Below are positions 58,306-64,000 of a stretch of DNA of 64,000 nt, piece by piece. The notes under the pieces were generated by a model that saw nothing but the letters and a program-made list of their open reading frames with translations, did no database searches and was not told where the DNA came from. Within the stretch, counting starts at the first letter, position 1. Every line of letters begins with the position of its first letter. Source of the stretch: Candidatus Yonathbacteria bacterium (GTDB lineage: Bacteria > Patescibacteriota > Minisyncoccia > Phycocordibacterales > UBA1550). Both the position numbers and the translations under genes were made by a program. Location of the stretch: positions 24,280-88,279 of the forward strand of contig DMXP01000006.1 of the NCBI GenBank assembly GCA_003483855.1. The letters run 5' to 3'.

Positions 58306-59541
58306 CTATTCTTTCAAGAGCGCCTCCACTGTATACAAATTCTTTGGGTCCCAGAGGAACCATGAGTTGAGCCCAGAGTCATAGGTTGCTTGTATTTGAG
58401 CGCGGACTTCTGTTGCGCCATAGGTGCCACCATAATTAAAATCCTGAAGCCACGGACGGAGTTTGTTCTTGTCGTATGCTTCTTTTGTATAAAGCGCGGG
58501 CGTGGATGTGCCGATGCGCTGTGCTCCAAGGTGGAGCACAGGTGTCGTCGTTGCAACTGCGCGCTCCACAGCGCGACTCATTGAGAAGTGGATCACATCA
58601 TACACGTGTTCATTTGGATTCTTCCATCCATTAAAATTTGGCGGGTAGTGAGACGGATACACCATGGGAGAGATGTAATCAAAATAAGGAAGCGCGCGCT
58701 CTAGCACCTGCCCTATGTTTAGGTCGTCGTTGTTTGTCGCAGTCATTCCAAAGAGATCCGCGGAAAGTTTTGCGCCAGTTGGGCTAAGCGCGCCGTGAAG
58801 GTGTGCGAAAAAATGCTCGAGTGCCTCGTCTTTGCTAATACCATGACCCCACGAATAATCAACATCTTTCATCGGGCCATCTGAAGGAAAACGAATGTAA
58901 TCAAAGTTGAGCTCATCAAAGCCCATCGCGTATGCCTCTTTTCCAAGGGCAACAATGTAATCCCAATATGGTTTCGCAGAGACGTCTATAAAAGAAAGCC
59001 CCTTGAAGTCCTTCCACACTGTGCCGTCGCTTTTTTTGAGCACTGCAAGCTCTGGATGAAGCTTTGTGTAGTACGGGTCTTGGAACACTGTGATGCGCGC
59101 GATCGTATAGATTCCTTTTTCGTGAAGTCGCGCGAGAAATTTTTTAAGATCTTTGGTGCGACATCCTCCACCATTATTACCTTTGAGAATCGGGTCCACG
59201 GCATCAAAAGCAATAGTTCCGCTATAATCCTTGATATCAATAATGATGCTGTTCACCTCGGTAGTGTCCGCAATATGCACAAGTTTTTCACGAAACAATG
59301 ATGTGCTTGCGGCGCAGGCAGTCATATATATTGCCTTCACGGCCTTTGGAGTTTCTATATGAGTAACTATAATTTCTGACTCCCCCTTTACAGTGACTGT
59401 AGTGGTAGCTGTAGTGCTTGTTGCTGACACTGTGTCTACTCTATACTCGACTGAAGAAATTGCTGGTATAAAAAAATAAAAGACGGAGAAAGCTCCGACC
59501 ATGGCTACACCTAAAGCAAGAATGTTTCTATTTCGTGTCAC
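58306..59541 (-). CDS. Membrane-anchored putative glycoside hydrolase (DUF4015/GHL TIM-barrel family)
   Basis: N-terminal TM, then ...AVKAIYMT...NSIIIDIKDYSGTIAFD... typical of COG1306/DUF4015. Confidence 0.5.
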   Translation of the reverse strand: MTRNRNILALGVAMVGAFSVFYFFIPAISSVEYRVDTVSATSTTATTTVTVKGESEIIVTHIETPKAVKAIYMTACAASTSLFREKLVHIADTTEVNSIIIDIKDYSGTIAFDAVDPILKGNNGGGCRTKDLKKFLARLHEKGIYTIARITVFQDPYYTKLHPELAVLKKSDGTVWKDFKGLSFIDVSAKPYWDYIVALGKEAYAMGFDELNFDYIRFPSDGPMKDVDYSWGHGISKDEALEHFFAHLHGALSPTGAKLSADLFGMTATNNDDLNIGQVLERALPYFDYISPMVYPSHYPPNFNGWKNPNEHVYDVIHFSMSRAVERAVATTTPVLHLGAQRIGTSTPALYTKEAYDKNKLRPWLQDFNYGGTYGATEVRAQIQATYDSGLNSWFLWDPKNLYTVEALLKE

Positions 59542-59834
59542 TGTATCTTTTGAGTGTTTACTATTTTTTCTTCGGGGGCAGATGGAAAAGCTTGTTCGGC
59601 ATCATCAATAAGTTTTTTACAATTACTGCAATAAACGACAGATGAAAGATAGGAAAGTACTGAAATCGCAACCCCGACTACTACAAGAAGTGGTGTGCGC
59701 ACCCACGACGGAAACCCGCCGATTGCCACGACAACGACCGCGACTCCTAATATTGTCAGTGCTGTGTGTTTGGTCATAGGGATAGTATACACGAAAAAAC
59801 AGAATGTGGAATATCGAATGTGGAATGGACTCAA
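59538..59834 (-). CDS. Small membrane protein, hypothetical
   Basis: 2 TM helices. Start uncertain; an internal Met at 59777 is possible. Confidence 0.35.
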   Translation of the reverse strand: MSPFHIRYSTFCFFVYTIPMTKHTALTILGVAVVVVAIGGFPSWVRTPLLVVVGVAISVLSYLSSVVYCSNCKKLIDDAEQAFPSAPEEKIVNTQKIQ

Positions 59835-59837
59835 TTA

Positions 59838-59873
59838 CACAAAACCCGAAATTCGCCTTTGGCGAATTTCGGG
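59838..59873 (-). terminator. Rho-independent terminator of rsmI (13-bp stem)
   Basis: cccgaaattcgcc-ttt-ggcgaatttcggg followed by ttttgtg on the minus strand. It is nested inside 20-bp inverted repeats at 59803-59822 and 59888-59907. Confidence 0.65.
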
Positions 59874-59907
59874 AGCTCTGTATTATTCAACATTCGATAT
59901 TCCACAT

Positions 59908-60609
59908 TCAATATTCATTCCCCAAGACTATTACCACAAACTCTCCACGAAGTCGGTCTGGGTTTTTTGCAAAATGAGCTTTTACCTCAGGTACCGTCCC
60001 GCGAGCAAATTCCTCATATATTTTGGTAAGTTCACGCGCAATTATGATATTGCGCTCCGCTCCGCAAAACTTTTCTAGAGACTCAAGGGCTTTTTCAATT
60101 CTGTGCGGAGATTCATAAAAGGCCATGACGCGTGTAGACTCGGCAATCTCTTTAAACAAAGTTTCCCTCCCTTTCTTGTGCGGAAGGAACCCTAGGAATG
60201 TGAACTCGGCGACAGAAACGCCCGCAGTAGAAAGCGCTGTAATAAGCGCTGATGGTCCAGGGATTGGTACCACGCTTACATTTGACAATTGACCTTTGAC
60301 TTTTGACTCAAGAATCTGAGAGACTAAGAGCACTCCTGGGTCCGAGATGCACGGAGTCCCCGCGTCCGATACAAGCGCGAGATTTTTCCCATCTTCAAGC
60401 AAGCTCAAGATTTTATCAACCTTCGCGAGTTTTGACTGCGCGTGGTAGCTCATTGTCGGAGTACCTATCTCGTACTTTGAAAGCAGACGCTTGGTCACGC
60501 GCGTATCCTCACACAAAATCAAATCAACTTCCTTGAGCACGCGCAAAGCGCGCAAGGTTATGTCCTCCAGGTTCCCTATTGGTGTGCCTACTACAAATAG
60601 TGTTGCCAT
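59908..60609 (-). CDS. rsmI: 16S rRNA (cytidine1402-2'-O)-methyltransferase
   Basis: LFVVGTPIGNLEDITLRALRVLKEVDLILCEDTR; 233 aa. Confidence 0.88.
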   Translation of the reverse strand: MATLFVVGTPIGNLEDITLRALRVLKEVDLILCEDTRVTKRLLSKYEIGTPTMSYHAQSKLAKVDKILSLLEDGKNLALVSDAGTPCISDPGVLLVSQILESKVKGQLSNVSVVPIPGPSALITALSTAGVSVAEFTFLGFLPHKKGRETLFKEIAESTRVMAFYESPHRIEKALESLEKFCGAERNIIIARELTKIYEEFARGTVPEVKAHFAKNPDRLRGEFVVIVLGNEY

Positions 60610-60667
60610 ATGGACACACTAGCAAAATTAGAGAAAAAAGAAAGCCGAGCGCGAAGCGCTCGGCAAG

Positions 60668-61114
60668 TTAATTAAAAAATATTGCGAGGTATCCGTTTTT
60701 GTGACCAGTCCAAACACAATCACAACCAGCTTCCTTGATAATAACTGGCGGGCCATACCCAAGAAGCTTAAACTCACTGCATTCTGAAATCTCGCTTTCC
60801 GCCGTTGCGCCATTTCGTTGCGTTCCGTTTTTAAGCCTCACTACAAGCAAACTATCTTTCCCAGAGTTCTCTTGATAAATTGTGTCAATGACTCCGACAA
60901 AAATATTTGAACCTATGTGGATTTCAGCATCCGCAAGATAACATTTGTTAAAAAGTTTCCTGCCCCACCTTGGCGTAATGTCGTCTCCAAGGTGTTCAAG
61001 CTTTCGCCCGTATGCTTTCATCAACTCGCCAGTTTTTCGTACAATCCTTTTTGCGTGACGCGTTACCCAGATTAACACCAGTCCATAAAACATTCTTAAT
61101 TTTCTCATTTCCAA
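60668..61114 (-). CDS. Hypothetical protein
   Basis: 148-aa ORF on the coding strand between murC and rsmI. No recognisable motif. Confidence 0.4.
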   Translation of the reverse strand: MEMRKLRMFYGLVLIWVTRHAKRIVRKTGELMKAYGRKLEHLGDDITPRWGRKLFNKCYLADAEIHIGSNIFVGVIDTIYQENSGKDSLLVVRLKNGTQRNGATAESEISECSEFKLLGYGPPVIIKEAGCDCVWTGHKNGYLAIFFN

Positions 61115-61121
61115 CTCCTTT

Positions 61122-61146
61122 CATTTTGTACAAAAAAATCACCATC
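61122..61146 (-). terminator. Weak hairpin plus T7 terminator after murC
   Basis: tcacca-tcaa-tggtga with A7 on plus (T7 on minus). Confidence 0.4.
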
Positions 61147-61194
61147 AATGGTGACAGAGACTTCTAAAAACAAAGTATAACATGCGCTGTGGAA

Positions 61195-62490
61195 TTATCC
61201 TAACAGACTCTCTCCCACCTTATAAATATCTCCTGCGCCCATTGTAATAATAACGTCGTTTGGCGTAATTGTATCCCTCAAGTAATTTTCAATTTCAGAA
61301 AAATTAGCGCCCACACGAACATTTAGGTTGTGTACGCGAATTGCCTCTGCGAGAATCTCTGAGCTAATTTCTGGGTCTGGAGTCTCGCGAGCGGCGTAAA
61401 TTGGCGCTACAATTACCTCGTCTGCATCGCCAAAACTTTGCGCAAAATCCTTCAGCAAGGTTTTGGTGCGCGAATACAGGTGTGGCTGATAAACCACAAC
61501 CAGACGCCATTTGAAATATTTAGCGCGAAAGCCCTGAAGCGTCGCTTTTATTTCCGTTGGATGATGAGCGTAGTCGTCGTACACAAGAGCGCCGTTTTTT
61601 ATCTCGCCTTTAAGCTCCATGCGTCGCCAAGTGCCACCAAAGAGCGCAAGCAGGCGTGTCGCCTCTATAACATCGACTCCCAAAATTTTTGTAACGGCGA
61701 TGGCAATTTTTGCATTTTTTTTATTGTGCTCGCCAGCGATTTGAAGCGGTACTATTATATTCTCATTAGTGTAATCAACAATGCGCGCTGTCGCGTTTAC
61801 GAGCACTGGCGCCACAAAAGGGTCGTTTGGGTCGCAGACAATAGCTCCGCTGGCAGGCACTTTTTCCGCAAACTCCGCGAATGCTTTTTGCACTCCTCCA
61901 ATAGTTCCATAATAATCCAAGTGATCGTTGTCAATATTTGTGATAGCCAAAATCTCCGGTGACAAATTTATAAATGAACGCTGATACTCACACGCTTCCA
62001 CAACAAAAAGATTGCTCGTTCCTAAAATAAAATTCGTGCCAGTTTTTTTAAGAAGACTTCCAACGACAACAGTCGGCGACAATTTCGCTCCAACTAGAAT
62101 TTCTGAAATCATAGCAGTCGTTGTTGTTTTTCCGTGGGTTCCTGACACAGCGATAGTTCTCATTCCTTCGGAAACAATCCCCAAGACACGCGGGTACGAG
62201 AAAACTTTTGCTCCACGCCCTGAAGCAACAACAAGTTCTGGATTATCCATTGATATGGCTGGTGAATACACAACTAAATCACAATTTTCTGGGACATTTG
62301 TCGCATTATGACCTATAAAGATTTTTGCGCCGTCCTCTTCAAGTTTTTCGATAATAATCGAACGCTCGCGATCAGAACCAGTAACAGAGGCTCCTTTTGA
62401 AAGCATCAGTCGCGCCAATGCCGATACACCGATGCCACCGATGCCGACAAGATGTACGGCGTGAATATTTTTTAAAAATTCTTCATTCAT
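61195..62490 (-). CDS. murC: UDP-N-acetylmuramate--L-alanine ligase
   Basis: ...HLVGIGGIGVSALA...GTHGKTTTT...; 431 aa. Confidence 0.9.
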   Translation of the reverse strand: MNEEFLKNIHAVHLVGIGGIGVSALARLMLSKGASVTGSDRERSIIIEKLEEDGAKIFIGHNATNVPENCDLVVYSPAISMDNPELVVASGRGAKVFSYPRVLGIVSEGMRTIAVSGTHGKTTTTAMISEILVGAKLSPTVVVGSLLKKTGTNFILGTSNLFVVEACEYQRSFINLSPEILAITNIDNDHLDYYGTIGGVQKAFAEFAEKVPASGAIVCDPNDPFVAPVLVNATARIVDYTNENIIVPLQIAGEHNKKNAKIAIAVTKILGVDVIEATRLLALFGGTWRRMELKGEIKNGALVYDDYAHHPTEIKATLQGFRAKYFKWRLVVVYQPHLYSRTKTLLKDFAQSFGDADEVIVAPIYAARETPDPEISSEILAEAIRVHNLNVRVGANFSEIENYLRDTITPNDVIITMGAGDIYKVGESLLG

Positions 62491-62502
62491 TATAACTTAG
62501 TA

Positions 62503-63198
62503 TTAATTTGCTCTTGGCAATCCCTCCAAAATTTCCTCTGCGCGTTCAATATCATGTGAGTAAGCAATAGGTACCCAGAAATCACTCTCTACAACCTGCA
62601 TAGGATTATGGCGAATGTACTCCTCAATCATGTCGGTTAAATAGTACTCGCCGTTTTTTGTATGGAGCGCTTCGTATTCAAAAATTTTTGGAGAAAGCAC
62701 GTACACTCCCGTGACGGCAAGATTTGATTTCGGATGCTCTGGTTTTTCTTCAATATTTTTTATTGTGCCGTCTTCGTTTGTCACCACTACGCCAAATCGA
62801 CGCGGATCATCCACAAATGAAACAAGGAGCGCAAAATCCTCCTCGACACACCGCGCTACGCCATCTTTACCATGTAGATCATCCGCGTACATCAATAGAA
62901 ACTTTTTTTCGTTTTCAAGATGTGGTTTACAAATGCGGAGCGCGTGCGCGGTGCCAAGCGGTTCATCCTGCTCCACATACGTTACCCTCTTCCCCATAAA
63001 TTCGTCCCCTAGAAAATCGCGTATCATCTCGCGCTTGTAGCCAACTACGATTACAACCTCATCCACAGCTTCTGGAAGAACCTCCCAAATATGTTGTATG
63101 AGTGGCTTGCCAAGCACCTCCACGAGCGGTTTCGGTCTCTCAAGTGTTAGCGGGTGCATTCGCTTCCCTTCTCCAGCTGCAAAAATAACTGCTTTCAT
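62503..63198 (-). CDS. Sugar-phosphate nucleotidyltransferase (MurU/ManC-like short form)
   Basis: MKAVIFAAGEGKRMHPLTLERPKPLV; 231 aa. Confidence 0.7.
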   Translation of the reverse strand: MKAVIFAAGEGKRMHPLTLERPKPLVEVLGKPLIQHIWEVLPEAVDEVVIVVGYKREMIRDFLGDEFMGKRVTYVEQDEPLGTAHALRICKPHLENEKKFLLMYADDLHGKDGVARCVEEDFALLVSFVDDPRRFGVVVTNEDGTIKNIEEKPEHPKSNLAVTGVYVLSPKIFEYEALHTKNGEYYLTDMIEEYIRHNPMQVVESDFWVPIAYSHDIERAEEILEGLPRAN

Positions 63199-63234
63199 GT
63201 TGATTGCAATAATAACAGAAAATAAAGTTCTCGG

Positions 63235-64000
63235 CTATTTAAGTTTCTTCACCAATTTCACAAACTGATCCCCTCTATCAAATTCGTTTTTAAATACACC
63301 AAAACTTGCTGCACCAGGAGACAGCAGTATGGTGTCTCCTTTTTTCGCAAAGTCACTCGCTGTTTCGACTGCGTCCTTCATATTGTCTACAATACAAACA
63401 GGGTATGAGGTATTTTTCGGGATAAGCGACAAAAGTTTTTCTGTCGCGGCGCCTTCAATGAGGACGAGTGCTTTCACTGTCTTATGTACAAGCTTCGCCA
63501 TATCAGAATAATCCAAATTTTTATCTGCTCCACCAGCAATTAGCACAATGTTCTTCTTACTCTTCGTGCCAAGCGCCTCAAGTGCCACCCTGTTCCCGTC
63601 TGGAGTTGTTGCCGTCGTGTCATTGTAATACTTCACTCCACCAACCGTACGTACAAGTTCAAGTCGTCCGGGAACTCCAGTAAAACTCTCAACTCCTTTT
63701 TTTATTGCATCTTTTGGGACATCAAGCTCCTGACAAGAGAGTATTGCACACGCAATGTTCGCGCGGTTATGCTCACCAGGAATTTTAATTTTCCACGTCT
63801 TTGGCACAATACTTTTCTTCGCAACTAATATCTCGCTATTTATCCTGCCTTTAAAGCGAGCCTTAATTTCTTTTACAGCCTGATCTCCAAGAACGAGAAC
63901 TTCGTCTTCTTTTTGATATTTAAAAATATTCGCTTTGTCATCAAAATATTTACTCATATCTCCTTTGTAGTAATTCAAATGGTCTGGCAAAAAATTCGTA
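63235..64000 (-). CDS. murD: UDP-N-acetylmuramoylalanine--D-glutamate ligase, C-terminal part (N-terminus beyond window end)
   Basis: ...IPGEHNRANIACAI...FTGVPGRLE...YYNDTTATTPD... Mur ligase central and C-terminal motifs. Confidence 0.8.
   Translation of the reverse strand, partial: TNFLPDHLNYYKGDMSKYFDDKANIFKYQKEDEVLVLGDQAVKEIKARFKGRINSEILVAKKSIVPKTWKIKIPGEHNRANIACAILSCQELDVPKDAIKKGVESFTGVPGRLELVRTVGGVKYYNDTTATTPDGNRVALEALGTKSKKNIVLIAGGADKNLDYSDMAKLVHKTVKALVLIEGAATEKLLSLIPKNTSYPVCIVDNMKDAVETASDFAKKGDTILLSPGAASFGVFKNEFDRGDQFVKLVKKLK

Noticed and set aside
61438-61962. 174-aa plus-strand ORF within murC
   Set aside because: Antisense shadow of murC.
1-64000. CRISPR arrays, rRNA or tRNA genes
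   Set aside because: No regularly spaced repeat-spacer arrays were seen, and no sequence resembling tRNA cloverleaf ends or rRNA conserved blocks was recognised in any intergenic region. The visible tandem or inverted repeats are short and non-array-like.

Overview
This 64-kb window is a gene-dense, mostly minus-strand bacterial segment. Split transketolase, small proteins, many toxin-antitoxin (TA) genes and tight operon packing suggest a small-genome uncultivated bacterium, probably CPR/Patescibacteria-like; that origin is inference only. Most calls come from reading the supplied ORF translations for conserved motifs. No database search was possible. Where I moved an ORF start, the evidence line says so.

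**Layout**
- 1-17.8 kb: core metabolism and cell-envelope housekeeping. Transketolase N-terminal subunit (partial), rpe, rpiB, gap, gatB, obg, a MYG1-family protein, a DedA membrane protein, a 2-hydroxyacid dehydrogenase, a PgaC/NodC-like processive GT2, secA and murB. MntA, HicAB and AbiEii-like TA genes are interspersed.
- 19.5-49.2 kb: about 30 kb of surface-glycan biosynthesis. An O-antigen-ligase-like membrane protein with TPR repeats sits upstream. The island proper (22.2-49.2 kb) opens with a GDP-fucose pathway (gmd, gmm, fcl) and an alpha-1,2-fucosyltransferase. It also encodes FkbM, DUF268 and C-methyltransferases, a PfkB kinase, and a cupin-cytidylyltransferase. Further genes are a TPP-dependent E1 alpha/beta pair, an MDR dehydrogenase, GT2, GT9-like, GT47-like and GT-A transferases, a GatZ/KbaZ-like protein, and an NDP-sugar pyrophosphorylase/kinase fusion. 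A shikimate-dehydrogenase-like protein, a KdsC-like phosphatase, a Wzx flippase, SDR epimerases and an RmlA-like nucleotidyltransferase complete it. Part of it (about 31.7-42.5 kb) is markedly AT-rich.
- 49.4-58.2 kb: a mobile/defence-like region. A DUF4143 AAA ATPase, an HTH-Fic cassette flanked by 68-bp direct repeats, a GT4 gene frameshifted in an A7 tract, DinJ-YafQ, a lamin-tail-domain surface protein, a TraD/VirD4-like coupling-protein ATPase and a RhuM-Fic protein.
- 58.3-64.0 kb: a DUF4015 putative glycoside hydrolase, rsmI, murC, a nucleotidyltransferase and murD (partial).

**Notable non-coding signals**
- A near-identical structured element of about 95 bp lies immediately upstream of both gap and obg.
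- Two cassette-like insertions (a MazEF-like TA module and HTH-Fic) are each flanked by long direct repeats that duplicate the terminus of the neighbouring gene.
- Two perfect palindromes of 48-54 bp centred on TATA, and a hairpin element with 22-bp terminal inverted repeats.
- A (GTKKTAG)7 heptamer tract truncates a HepT remnant next to MntA.
- Several Rho-independent terminators.

No rRNA, tRNA or CRISPR array was seen.
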